A stretch of DNA of 64,000 bases from Candidatus Poribacteria bacterium (GCA_965198175.1 OZ240245.1:3392001-3456000), one strand, 5' to 3'; shown: positions 50,107 to 59,705, counted from the stretch's first letter. Numbers and translations are program-made. Notes: generated from the sequence alone by a model not told the origin.

Positions 50107-50913
50107 TTAATCTAATCCGTTCAGTACCGGACGGTCTAGCCGTGTATGATATGGCGGCTCCATCACCGTTCGCTGCCGCTCATTTGCCCAGTCCGGAATG
50201 GGATAAGCGGGAACATACGCCATGTTTCCGGCAGTGTAGCGCGTCAATATCGACCGACGCGGGCGATCCGACGTCCATGGCAGCGACCCGTGCGTCACCG
50301 CCTCCGTGAAGATAACGACATCGCCGGCTTTGCAGACAATCTGCCGTATATGTTCCTGATAATTCAGATAACACCGCATTTCTTCAGGGCATGGAAAATT
50401 GCTTTTGTGGCTGCCGGGGATGACAATCAACCCACCGTCTCCGGGATTTACATCCATGAGTTGAAATGCCACGACCGTGAGTCCGCAATGCATCTGACCG
50501 TTACGAAAGATGTAGTATTGGTTAGGATCGAATCCGGGACCTGAGGATCCGTGGAACAAGAACCCCTCCGCCCCTTTCTCCATAGACAACAGAAACATAG
50601 GATGATCCATCCGGAAACCGCTGCCGAGGGTTTGGTGGAGATACGGGACAATTCGTGGATGCGCCAGCATGTCTCGGAAGGGGTTACACCACGGTTCTTC
50701 CCAATCGAGCATATTGCCCAGCTCCCCGCGTCCCTGCTCACCTCTGAGCGCAGGAGAGCCACCATCCAAGGCTTCCTCCCGCGGTCGAACGCGACCCTGA
50801 TGCAAATGGCGGTCAATGGCTTCGTTGGCGAAGTCAACCTCATCGAGTGTGAGCACGTTCTTTATGATAAGGTAACCGTTCAAATCAAACAGATATTTTT
50901 CGGCGTCGTTCAT
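50107..50913 (-). CDS. PhyH-family Fe/2OG oxygenase with atypical HGS motif
   Basis: YLFDLNGYL, FHGS, GGLIVIPGSHK, KAGDVVIFTEAVTHG..PW...RRS. Confidence 0.85.
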   Translation of the reverse strand: MNDAEKYLFDLNGYLIIKNVLTLDEVDFANEAIDRHLHQGRVRPREEALDGGSPALRGEQGRGELGNMLDWEEPWCNPFRDMLAHPRIVPYLHQTLGSGFRMDHPMFLLSMEKGAEGFLFHGSSGPGFDPNQYYIFRNGQMHCGLTVVAFQLMDVNPGDGGLIVIPGSHKSNFPCPEEMRCYLNYQEHIRQIVCKAGDVVIFTEAVTHGSLPWTSDRPRRSILTRYTAGNMAYVPAYPIPDWANERQRTVMEPPYHTRLDRPVLNGLD

Positions 50914-50938
50914 GGGTTAATGCTCTCTTTTATTAAGT

Positions 50939-51246
50939 TCTCCCCTTTTAAGGAAGGGAGCAGCGCAAACCGGCGCACCACAGGTCACACCCGTGATAAG
51001 GGGTGAGCCGGGGGATGGCATTCCAATTAAACCTGCCCTAGCCCCTCCTTAGTAAGGAGGGGAACAGCACCCTATTCTCCCCCTTTACAAGGGGGAGCGA
51101 GAGGGGGTAATTAATCCACCAATCTAACCTCCCCTAACCCCTCCTTGGTAAGGAGGGGAATGAACCTTTTCCTCCACGCTCATTTAACCTGTGTCTGCAA
51201 GCCCATCTTAATTCTCCTCCTTTTTCAAGGGGGAGCTAGCGGGGGT
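50939..51246. repeat. Cluster of CCCCTCCTTAGTAAGGAGGGG / CTCCCCCTTTACAAGGGGGAG palindromic repeats
   Basis: At least four alternating hairpins, the same family as the array at 55.2-56.7 kb. Confidence 0.85.
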
Positions 51247-51281
51247 ACATTTGTAAGAACGTACTCCGCAGCGTTTTGGAT

Positions 51282-51719
51282 TCAATCGTTATTCGCACCC
51301 GCATTAACCCAGTCAATAATCAGTTGAATCTGAGCGCTTTTCAGCCGAGGTCCTCCGAGGGGCATTTTGCCTTCAACAATTTCCTCGACGAGTTCGCTCT
51401 CACCCGCATTCCCCGCGATAACGATTGCGCCATCTTCCCCTCCGTTCTCAACGGATTCGTAGGTCCTGAGATCGATACTCCGTGGTCCCCCAGCGACATG
51501 GCACCCCGACAACGCGCATCGACTCGTGAGGATTGGCAGAATATCGTTCTCAAAAGCGGGGACGGGTCTGCCAGCTTCCGCCGGATTGTCGTACATCAAC
51601 CCCATTTCATCAGTGGGACCGACTAGATCTACGGGACCATCATCACTATCGCCACATCCCCAAATACAAACCGTCAAGCACACAAGCAGGAAGACCATTT
51701 CTATCTTGATTGCATTCAT
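51282..51719 (-). CDS. Planctomycete-type cytochrome c lipoprotein (CX4CH)
   Basis: Lipobox IWGC; FENDILPIL..RCALSGCH; GNAGESEL; GKMP; IIDWVNAGA. Confidence 0.8.
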   Translation of the reverse strand: MNAIKIEMVFLLVCLTVCIWGCGDSDDGPVDLVGPTDEMGLMYDNPAEAGRPVPAFENDILPILTSRCALSGCHVAGGPRSIDLRTYESVENGGEDGAIVIAGNAGESELVEEIVEGKMPLGGPRLKSAQIQLIIDWVNAGANND

Positions 51720-51787
51720 ATAAAAATATCCTCTCTTTGTTGGATTAGTGAAGTGACCCCATTTCACTGGGCACGAAATTTTGAATG

Positions 51788-52702
51788 TTAAGAAGGTATT
51801 TTTGGTTTTAGCTTGGTGGTTGTGGATTCTACTGTACGATTGGTTGCATGTGAAATATCTGGCTTATCTACTTTGTGCCGATGTGCCATATACTGCGCTT
51901 CAAATTCAAAAGGTGTCCTATAGCCAAGTGCTGAATGAGGCCTTTGCTGATTATACACAACATCTAAAACCGGACAGAGCTGCCTATAGGCGTCGTGAAA
52001 ATCTTGATACTCCGAGTCAACGATGTATTCGTCCTTGAGCCGACCAATGGTGCTCTCAATGTATGGATTTTGCCACGGCTTCGCACGGTCTGTCATGGAA
52101 ATGCGACACGGTATGGCTCTCAATTGCTGACAATACTTCTCAGCAATGTACTGTCCGCCTCGGTCTGAATGATGGATTTGCGGACGATGCTGTCTTGCTA
52201 ATGCTTTTCTCAGTGCCTCAGACAGCAGCTTGACTGACATCTCTTTCGACAACGCCCAGCCTCTTATGGTTCGGGTAAAAACATCAAACAATAGCGGTAG
52301 ATAAGCCATTTTACCGTAGGCTAGTGGAACATAGGTGATATCTGCACACCAAATCTGGTCAGGATAATTGACCGATAAATCCTTGAGCAAATTCGGATAT
52401 GGGTATCGTCCGGGTTGACTGTTGGTGGTAATAACCCGCTTTCGCCTAGGACGCACCTGAAGCCCGAGTTCTCCAACGAGACGTTGAACCCTTTTTCGGT
52501 TGACAACCAACCCTTGACGATGCAGTTCATTCGTGATTCTGCGATACCCATAGCGGTGATGCGATAAGCGTATCTGTTCGATATGCTGACGAAGTTGAGC
52601 ATCACGCTCGGCTTTGGACGCGTAGTAGAAACTGCTTCGAGATAAGCCTAGCACATCACACAATAGGGTAATGGGAAATGCTTTGCTGCCGCGTTTCGCC
52701 AC
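51788..52702 (-). CDS. IS3 transposase OrfB (DDE integrase core)
   Basis: YGYRRI, WCADITYV, HHSDRGGQY, NPYIES..LKDE, YNQQRPHSALGY. Confidence 0.93.
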   Translation of the reverse strand: MAKRGSKAFPITLLCDVLGLSRSSFYYASKAERDAQLRQHIEQIRLSHHRYGYRRITNELHRQGLVVNRKRVQRLVGELGLQVRPRRKRVITTNSQPGRYPYPNLLKDLSVNYPDQIWCADITYVPLAYGKMAYLPLLFDVFTRTIRGWALSKEMSVKLLSEALRKALARQHRPQIHHSDRGGQYIAEKYCQQLRAIPCRISMTDRAKPWQNPYIESTIGRLKDEYIVDSEYQDFHDAYRQLCPVLDVVYNQQRPHSALGYRTPFEFEAQYMAHRHKVDKPDISHATNRTVESTTTKLKPKIPS

Positions 52703-52716
52703 TTCCCGTTTCTGCT

Positions 52717-53010
52717 TTACCGAGAGCCGAAGTAACTCAATACTTTTTTTGAGGCAGACAACTCCAGTGTCAATTGCCCGACGAGACGCTCCAGTTCAGC
52801 GATGCGCGCGTTGGAGGCGTTCTTGTGGTTGTGTTCAGCGACAAAGAGATTCGCAGCGTTGTCCATGAAGTGTTGGCGCCATTTGGACAGTAAGGTATCG
52901 CTGATTTGATATTGGTTACAAATTTCAACTGGGCGTTTCCGCCCACTGATGATGTCTAGCACACATTCGAGCTTAAATTCGGGTGTAAATTGCCGTCTTT
53001 TCTTCGACAT
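52717..53010 (-). CDS. IS3 transposase OrfA (HTH)
   Basis: RRQFTPEFK, RIAELERLVG; A7G slippery site at 52743-52750, with the -1 frame open into OrfB. Confidence 0.9.
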   Translation of the reverse strand: MSKKRRQFTPEFKLECVLDIISGRKRPVEICNQYQISDTLLSKWRQHFMDNAANLFVAEHNHKNASNARIAELERLVGQLTLELSASKKVLSYFGSR

Positions 53011-53152
53011 GATAGCCCCTTTCTGGACGTTTAGCTATTATAAAATCCTCCTTAGCTCGCTGTCCAGTTTTTTGGGGTCACGTCATAGTTCTAAAAACCA
53101 AATTGCTACCTGAAAGACACCCCTGCAAAAAAGTTCTCCCACTCTAACGTAT

Positions 53153-53226
53153 TGTCGGGAATCGGAATTCCCTCCTACCGGCAGCTCTTGTAGGTTGGGT
53201 TGAGCCAACGGCGATACCCAACCTAC
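53153..53226. repeat. Two GTAG-family REP palindromes
   Basis: Minus-strand GTAGGAGGGAATTCCGATTCCCGAC and plus-strand GTAGGTTGGGT..ACCCAACCTAC. Confidence 0.7.
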
Positions 53227-53413
53227 GACCTACTTTCGGAACAGGTCGGATTAGCTCTTTTGGGCTAACGGATGAAATTGTAGAACCCAGATTGTTTTAC
53301 ACGGCGTTCAACCCGCTCAATGCCTTGGATGCACGCTGTCATAAAATCAGAATTATCCCTCAAGACAATTAGCCTGCGTTAGCCTATATCTCTTAGCTCA
53401 GTTTGCGACGCGC

Positions 53414-55171
53414 CTACGAATCAGCGACGGAGTCCAACACTTCACTCAGCAGACCTTCGTTCTTCCGCTCTAGCGTCAACAACTCGGCGGCAATCTCGTT
53501 GAGGGAACGCAGCGGCGTATACTGGTAGAAATACCGATTGAAGTTAATCTCGTATCCGACCTTGTCTTTCTTTCTGTCCATCCAACTCGTCGGCAGGTGC
53601 GGCTTGACCTCCCGCTGATAGTAATCTTCGATGTCCTCACTGAGCGGCACCCGCTCATAGTCTCGCAGCGCGGTATCCGGTTTCGGATTGCCTTTCTTGC
53701 CCGTGACAGCGACCTGCTTCTCCTCATCCAGAATCTTTTTCGTTTCGACCAGTGGTCTCTCAACCGTGACTTTGGTGTAGCCGAAGAATTCATTTGGGTA
53801 AATCTTGCAGTGTTCGTTCTCCTCAAAATTGGTGTAGAGTTCTACCAGACGACGAATATGGGCGTCCGAGATGAAAACGCTCTTGGCGCCAAGGTTTCGC
53901 TTCATCTTGTCGAAGAAACCTGCGCCGTTGATTAGTTGTATCATTCCACGTCGTTCCTCGGATTTTTGATTCGTCAAGATCCAGATATAGGTTGCGATAC
54001 TGGTGTTGAAAAACAGCTTATCGGGCAGGGCGACAATACACTCCAACCAGTCGTTTTCGATAATCCAGCGCCGAATCTCACTCTCGCCGCTACCGGCATC
54101 GCCCGTGAAGAGCGGGGAACCGTTAAAGACAATACCGATTCGACTGCCGCGGTGTTCCATCTTGGACAGCATGTGCTGCAGGAACAGCAACGCCCCGTCG
54201 GAGGTGCGCGGCGTGCCAACGGCGAATCTGCCGCTAGGGTTTTCGGCATCCGACTTCACCGACTGTTCATCGGACTTCCAACTGACGCCAAACGGCGGAT
54301 TCGTAATCATATAGTCGAAACGCTGTCCTTGAAATTGGTCGTTCGATAGCGAGGAGCCGAGTTGGATTGAGTCGGGGTCCTCACCGGTAATCAGCATGTC
54401 CGATTTGCAGATAGCGTAGGTCTGTGCATTGAGTTCTTGACCGAGCAGGCGAAGTTCGGCTGAGCGGTTGATGTGTTCTAGGAAGTATTCCTTGCCGATG
54501 GTCAGCATGCCGCCCGTTCCGCAACAGGGATCGAAAATGCTGCGGACAACACCCTGTCCCTGCAAATTTTCGCGGTGTTCCGCGAACAGCAGCGAGACCA
54601 GCAGCCTTACTACGTCACGCGGCGTGTAGTGTTCCCCGCTGGTTTCGTTGGACATCTCCGAGAAACGGCGGAGCAGTTCCTCAAAGACCTGACCCATGAT
54701 GTGGTTGTCCACTTTGTTGGGGTGCAAGTCCACTTCAGTGAATTTGCTGCAGAAGATGAACAGCCGGTTGTTCCGGTCCAACCGCTCAATAAACCCATCT
54801 AGGTTGAAGTTTTCGATGATGTCCCGGACATCCACACTGAATCCGTTCAGGTAATTCTCGAAGTTGTGGCGTATGTTAGTCGGCTCATCTTTCAGCCGGG
54901 CGAGGTCGTATTGGGAGGTGTTGTAGAATTGGGTGCCAGTGGCTTTCAAGATAATTGGCGGCAGCCTGTCTTCTGACACCTTGTCTTTAAATTGGTTGTA
55001 GGCGTTGATGGCTTTCTTTTTTCGTTCATCCTCCTCCAAGATACAGTCCAGTCGGCGCAGCACAAGGAACGGGAGCGTGACATCGCCGTATTCGTGCGGC
55101 TTGAACAACCCGCGCAGCACATCGTCCGCCACATTCCAAACGAGATTTGCCAGTTCTTGATAGTTTGCCAT
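53414..55171 (-). CDS. hsdM: Type I restriction-modification methyltransferase
   Basis: GEHYTPRDVV, DPCCGTGGML, GQELN, TNPPFG (m6A), GYEINFNRYFY. Confidence 0.95.
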   Translation of the reverse strand: MANYQELANLVWNVADDVLRGLFKPHEYGDVTLPFLVLRRLDCILEEDERKKKAINAYNQFKDKVSEDRLPPIILKATGTQFYNTSQYDLARLKDEPTNIRHNFENYLNGFSVDVRDIIENFNLDGFIERLDRNNRLFIFCSKFTEVDLHPNKVDNHIMGQVFEELLRRFSEMSNETSGEHYTPRDVVRLLVSLLFAEHRENLQGQGVVRSIFDPCCGTGGMLTIGKEYFLEHINRSAELRLLGQELNAQTYAICKSDMLITGEDPDSIQLGSSLSNDQFQGQRFDYMITNPPFGVSWKSDEQSVKSDAENPSGRFAVGTPRTSDGALLFLQHMLSKMEHRGSRIGIVFNGSPLFTGDAGSGESEIRRWIIENDWLECIVALPDKLFFNTSIATYIWILTNQKSEERRGMIQLINGAGFFDKMKRNLGAKSVFISDAHIRRLVELYTNFEENEHCKIYPNEFFGYTKVTVERPLVETKKILDEEKQVAVTGKKGNPKPDTALRDYERVPLSEDIEDYYQREVKPHLPTSWMDRKKDKVGYEINFNRYFYQYTPLRSLNEIAAELLTLERKNEGLLSEVLDSVADS

Positions 55172-55181
55172 ACGTTTTATG

Positions 55182-55927
55182 AACCTCCTTCCTCCTTAGT
55201 AAGGAGGGGGACAAAAAGCACTTTGCCTGCACTCCAATTCAACCTTTCTTTTCACGAGCGACAGGTTCTAGCGCAAGGATAATTCTCCCCATTTACAAGG
55301 GGAGTAAGATGGGGTAAATTTATTCGTCGTGTTAATCTCCCCTAACCCCTCCACAGTAAGGAGGGGGACAAAAAGCACTCTTCCTGCGCTCCTGTACAAC
55401 CTTTCTTTTCACGAGCGACAGGTTCTAGCGCAAGGCTAATTCTCCCCATTTACAAGGGGAGCGGGATGGGGTAAATTTTTTCGTCGTGTTAACCTCCCCT
55501 AAGCCCTCCTTATTAGGGAGGGGGACAATAAGCACTTTGCCTGCACTCCAATTCAACCTTTCTTTTCACGAGCGACAGGTTCTAGTGCAAAGATAATTCT
55601 CCCCATTTACAAGGGGAGCGAGAGGGGGTAAATTTATTCGTCGTCTCAACCTCCCCTAACCCCTCCTTAGTAAGGAGGGGAACAAAAAGCACTTTGCCTG
55701 CGCTCCTGTACAACCTTTCTTTTCACGAGCGACAGGTTCTAGTGCAATGACAATTCTCCCCCTTTACAAGGGGGAGCGAGAGGGGGTAAATCAATCCGTC
55801 GTCTCAACCTCCCCTAACCCCTCCTTAGTAAGGAGGGGGATAAAAGCACTTTTCCTCCGCGCTCATTCAACTTACACCTGCAAGCTAATCTTAATTCTCC
55901 CCCTTGATAAGGGGGAGTTAGTGGGGG
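55182..55927. repeat. Tandem array of ~157-bp units, each with two inverted palindromic hairpins
   Basis: Post-hairpin anchors at 55211, 55368, 55525, 55682, 55840: four near-identical units plus a variant fifth. Confidence 0.92.
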
Positions 55928-56311
55928 TCAGGTCGAAACTCCTGATTTCTCCATCCGCTCCACTGTTTGCCTGATACACTCCAAAACCCCTTCGAAATTT
56001 TCGCAAACTTGTGAATTCGTAAAACGCAGAAAGCGAATACCAAATTTCTCAATGAACTCTTGCCGTGTCAGGTCATATTTTCTAGCCCCAGCTTGGAAAT
56101 GCGTATCACCATCAATTTCGATTGCCAGTTTTAGTGCTGGGCAATAGAAATCGAGGATGTACACACCGACGCTATACTGTCTGCGGAACTTATAACCACA
56201 CATCTGTTTTGCCCGTAACTTAGACCAAACCAAAGTTTCTGCTTCAGTCATGTTTTTCCGCAGTTTGTGTCTTTTCTCCTTTTCGCTCGTTCTATTGAAA
56301 AATCGTGTCAT
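55928..56311 (-). CDS. DUF559 (Vsr-like PD-(D/E)xK) endonuclease
   Basis: LRKNMTEAE..VWSKLR, GYKFRRQY, YILDFYC, LAIEIDG.TH, D..R, IRFLRFTN; start inferred at ATG 56311. Confidence 0.92.
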   Translation of the reverse strand: MTRFFNRTSEKEKRHKLRKNMTEAETLVWSKLRAKQMCGYKFRRQYSVGVYILDFYCPALKLAIEIDGDTHFQAGARKYDLTRQEFIEKFGIRFLRFTNSQVCENFEGVLECIRQTVERMEKSGVST

Positions 56312-56350
56312 ATTCCCGTCCGCGTCCCCTCTAAGTTCCCGAACCACAAT

Positions 56351-56718
56351 CCACCCTTTATAAGCGGGAGTTAGAGGCGGTGATGTTTTTTCTGATTCAA
56401 CCTCCCCTAGCCCCTCCTTAGTAAGGAGGGGAATGATTATTGTGTTCTCCTTTTCACAAAGCAGAGTGCGCGGGCGTGAAGCGCAAAAAAAGTCCTCCCC
56501 CTTTACAAGGGGGAGCGAGAGGGGGTAAATCAATCCGTCGTCTCAACCTCCCCTAACCCCTCCTTAGTAAGGAGGGGGATAAAAGCACTTTTCCTCCGCG
56601 CTTATTCAACCTGTACCTGCAAGTCCATCTTGATTTTCCCTCTTTCTACGGTGGAGCGAGAGGGGTCTGGCATTTCGCCATCCAGAACCTCCCCTTACCC
56701 CTCCTTGGTAAGGAGGGG
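56351..56718. repeat. Second cluster of the same palindromic repeats upstream of DUF559
   Basis: Six hairpins; 56495-56602 is an exact 108-bp copy of 55756-55863. Confidence 0.88.
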
Positions 56719-56735
56719 AATAAAATTTATTGGTT

Positions 56736-59702
56736 TCACAAACCCGATGGCGTTGACGGTTGGCGATAATCCTTATACAGTAGACGCTTTAGGTCGGTGT
56801 TAACCTCCTGCTTCGTCAGCTTGTTGTAAAGGTCGAGTTTGGTATTGACAAAATCCAATAAGATATCGTCAAACACCTGATGAAACTTGAAGCGTTTGTT
56901 GCTCTCCGTATTATCTCCCTCAATCACCTGCCGGAGCGACTCGTCAGCGTTCACCTTTTGGCGAATGGTCTCAATGTCAACCTTATCCTCGTCCGTGAAG
57001 TCGGTCTGATAGGTATCATTCAGTGTCTGGATGATAATTGAGAGCAGGTCGTGCTCCGGGTCTTTGCTAGGGGACTCATCGCCGCCAATGCCGGGCACCT
57101 CACTATCACCCGGGTCGAGATACAGCTTTTGGCTATCATGAATCTTCTGCACACGGAACGAATCCAAGTCCACGGCCGCCAAGACATCGCTCACATCTTC
57201 GTATTCGCGTTTGGGCAGCTTCTTGTTGAGACTGCGGCAGAAGACGTAGAGCTTCTCCAGCGCGGGGTCGGTGAACGTAATCAATTGTGAGATGTATCCG
57301 TAGAGGCGGATGTAGCTCTGCAATGCGGAACGAAACTCCTCGCGTTCCTCGGACTCCCGCTCCGACCATTTATCGACGACACTGTCAAGAATAGGTTGTA
57401 GTTGTTCATTGGTCTGATTTTCGTCATAGAAGACAAGGCACAATCCGTCGACCGTATCGACATCGAAGAGATCGAAATCCTCAAGCCGCCGCTGCAGGTC
57501 ATACAACCGATTCGGGTCGGTTTCCTCTTCAAGCATTGTCGTCTCATAGTATTGCTGAAACGCCTCTTGTATGTCGTCCGGTTCGTTCACAAAGTCGAGC
57601 ACGAGCGTCTCCGTCTTGCCGGGCGCGACGCGGTTCAGGCGACTTAGGCTCTGGACGCATTGAAGCCCGTCCAACCGCTTATCGACGTACATCGTCTGCA
57701 GCAGCGGTTCATCGAAACCGGTCAAGAACTTATTCGCTACAATCAGAATCCGATACTCCGGACGCTTGAAGGTGTCCGCAATCGAAACGCTTTGCACCAG
57801 ATTGTTCATGCTGTTTTCGGTGTAGTCCCGCCCGACATCGGTATCGTGCACCGTGCCGCTGAACGCCACCAGACACTCGTAGTGCAGGTTCAACTCCCTC
57901 ATCTGCCGATCGAATTCCGATTTGTATCGCACACAGTGCATCCGAGATGGCGTGATTAGCATCGCCCGCCCCTTCCCTTCAATAGTCCTTGCGGTATGTT
58001 CGACGAAGTGCTCTAGGATAATCCGCGTCTTTGTCTCAATGCTATGGGGCTGGAGGTCAACGTAATTCGTCAGCGTCCGAAGCGTCCGCCCCTTTTCATA
58101 CGCTTTATCCTCCGGTACGCTCTTGACTAGTTCAAAATATCGCTTAAACGTGGTGTAGTTCTGCAGCACGTCAAGTGTAAAGCCTTCGCTGATGCTCTGA
58201 CGCATCGAGTAGACGTGGAACGGCAGGTATTTTCCGCTTTCGTTCTTTCGACCAAACAGTTCCAATGTCTTGTTCTTCGGGGTGCCGCTGAACCCGAAAT
58301 AGGAGATATGGTTTTGCGCCCGGCGCCGCTCCATCTCCGCAATAATCCGCGCGTCCATGTCCGATACGTCGGGTTCGTCTTCGTCCGTTGTTCCACTCTC
58401 AATCCCTTTCGAGAGCGACACTTTGAGGTTCTTTGCGGCTTCGCCGCTCTGCGAGGAGTGGACTTCATCGACAATCACGGCGAAGGTCTTGCTTTTAAGT
58501 TCCCCGATCGTCTCCGCGATTACGCTGAACTTCTGAATCGTGGAGATGATGATGTCTTTTCCGGATTCGAGGAAAGCCTTGAGTTGCGCCGAGGTCTTAT
58601 CAACGGAGTGCACCACGCCGGCAACCCGCTCCATCTGCTTGATTGTCGCCTGAAGCTGCCGGTCAAGCACCCGCCGATCGGTTACGACGATGATAGAGTC
58701 GAAGATGCGGTCGGTATCTTCGGGAGAGCGGTACAGATGCGTGAGCAGGTGCGCCAGCCATGCAATCGAGTTCGACTTTCCGCTGCCGGTGGCGTGTTGG
58801 ATTAAGTAGGTGAGTCCAACGCCCTCCGCAATAACCGCCGCCTTCAATTTGCGAATTACGTCAAGTTGGTGGTATCGCGGGAAAACCAGCACCGGGTGCT
58901 CCACATCTTTCACTTCGCCGAGTTCAGGATCGTAGACCTTGTCAGTGACTTCCTGTTCATGGATGAAATCGCCGATTAACTCCATTACGTTGTCTGGCTT
59001 CAAGATATCCTCCCACAGGTAGGCGACCTTGTGCCCGTCCGGGTTAACCGGGTTTTCGATTCCACGATTGAACGGAAAGAAGCGCGTCTCGCCGCCCTGT
59101 AGGCGTGTCGTCATGGAGACCTTCTCGTTACCGACGGCGAAGTGAACCAGACAGCGCCGGAATCGGAACAGCGGCTCTCTCGGATCCCGATCAGTGCGGT
59201 ACTGCTTTTCGGCGTCCGCCACCACCTGACCGGTCAGGCTGTTCTTCAGTTCCATCGTCACCAGCGGCAAACCGTTGAGGAAAAGCACCATATCCAGTGA
59301 TTTCTCAATTTTCTGCGAATACTTCAACTGTCGGACCAGAGAGAATCGGTTCTGCGCGTAACGCTGCTGCAGGTCGGGGTTCATGCCGCTTGCCGGGCGG
59401 AAATAGGTCAAGTCGAAGTAGCAACCACTATCTTTAACCCCTTTCCGCAGCACATCCAACACGCCGCGACGCTCGATCTGTCTACTTATTTCGTCGAGAA
59501 GCTTCTCCGGTGTTTCCTTCTGGTATTGTCGTTCCAATTTCTGGTACGTTTTCGGTTGTGTGCCATGAATAAACTCCAGCATCTCATCGTGTATCAGGCA
59601 GAGGCGCTTATTATAAAAGACAGGTTGCCGCGACCGGTAACCTGAACGATTCAGGTGCGCTTCAATGTGGTCTTCAAAATTTTCTTCTTTATACGTCGGC
59701 AC
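56736..59702 (-). CDS. hsdR: Type I restriction endonuclease subunit R
   Basis: DMVLFLNGLPL..ELKN nuclease, HATGSGKS Walker A, VDEVHSSQ, FSGTPK, TGFDEP. Confidence 0.95.
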   Translation of the reverse strand: MPTYKEENFEDHIEAHLNRSGYRSRQPVFYNKRLCLIHDEMLEFIHGTQPKTYQKLERQYQKETPEKLLDEISRQIERRGVLDVLRKGVKDSGCYFDLTYFRPASGMNPDLQQRYAQNRFSLVRQLKYSQKIEKSLDMVLFLNGLPLVTMELKNSLTGQVVADAEKQYRTDRDPREPLFRFRRCLVHFAVGNEKVSMTTRLQGGETRFFPFNRGIENPVNPDGHKVAYLWEDILKPDNVMELIGDFIHEQEVTDKVYDPELGEVKDVEHPVLVFPRYHQLDVIRKLKAAVIAEGVGLTYLIQHATGSGKSNSIAWLAHLLTHLYRSPEDTDRIFDSIIVVTDRRVLDRQLQATIKQMERVAGVVHSVDKTSAQLKAFLESGKDIIISTIQKFSVIAETIGELKSKTFAVIVDEVHSSQSGEAAKNLKVSLSKGIESGTTDEDEPDVSDMDARIIAEMERRRAQNHISYFGFSGTPKNKTLELFGRKNESGKYLPFHVYSMRQSISEGFTLDVLQNYTTFKRYFELVKSVPEDKAYEKGRTLRTLTNYVDLQPHSIETKTRIILEHFVEHTARTIEGKGRAMLITPSRMHCVRYKSEFDRQMRELNLHYECLVAFSGTVHDTDVGRDYTENSMNNLVQSVSIADTFKRPEYRILIVANKFLTGFDEPLLQTMYVDKRLDGLQCVQSLSRLNRVAPGKTETLVLDFVNEPDDIQEAFQQYYETTMLEEETDPNRLYDLQRRLEDFDLFDVDTVDGLCLVFYDENQTNEQLQPILDSVVDKWSERESEEREEFRSALQSYIRLYGYISQLITFTDPALEKLYVFCRSLNKKLPKREYEDVSDVLAAVDLDSFRVQKIHDSQKLYLDPGDSEVPGIGGDESPSKDPEHDLLSIIIQTLNDTYQTDFTDEDKVDIETIRQKVNADESLRQVIEGDNTESNKRFKFHQVFDDILLDFVNTKLDLYNKLTKQEVNTDLKRLLYKDYRQPSTPSGL

Positions 59703-59705
59703 GGT

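Larger units (their letters stand above)
51749..53085 (-). mobile_element. IS3-family insertion sequence, apparently intact
   Basis: TIRs TGAAGTGACCCCATTTCACTGGGCA / TGACGTGACCCCAAAAAACTGGACA; 3-bp TSD TAG (51746-48, 53086-88); orfA/orfB. Confidence 0.93.

Noticed and set aside
51145..51327. Small ORFs over repeat clusters (also 55747-55974, 45654-46007)
   Set aside because: They are read-through of repeat DNA or antisense shadows with no independent coding signal.
55182..55927. CRISPR array
   Set aside because: The inter-repeat segments are near-identical rather than unique spacers, the period is ~157 bp, and no cas genes are present.
56312..56533. N-terminal extension of the DUF559 ORF (PLVKGE, PLLTKEGLGEV)
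   Set aside because: These peptides are translations of the palindromic repeats; ATG 56311 is the likelier start.
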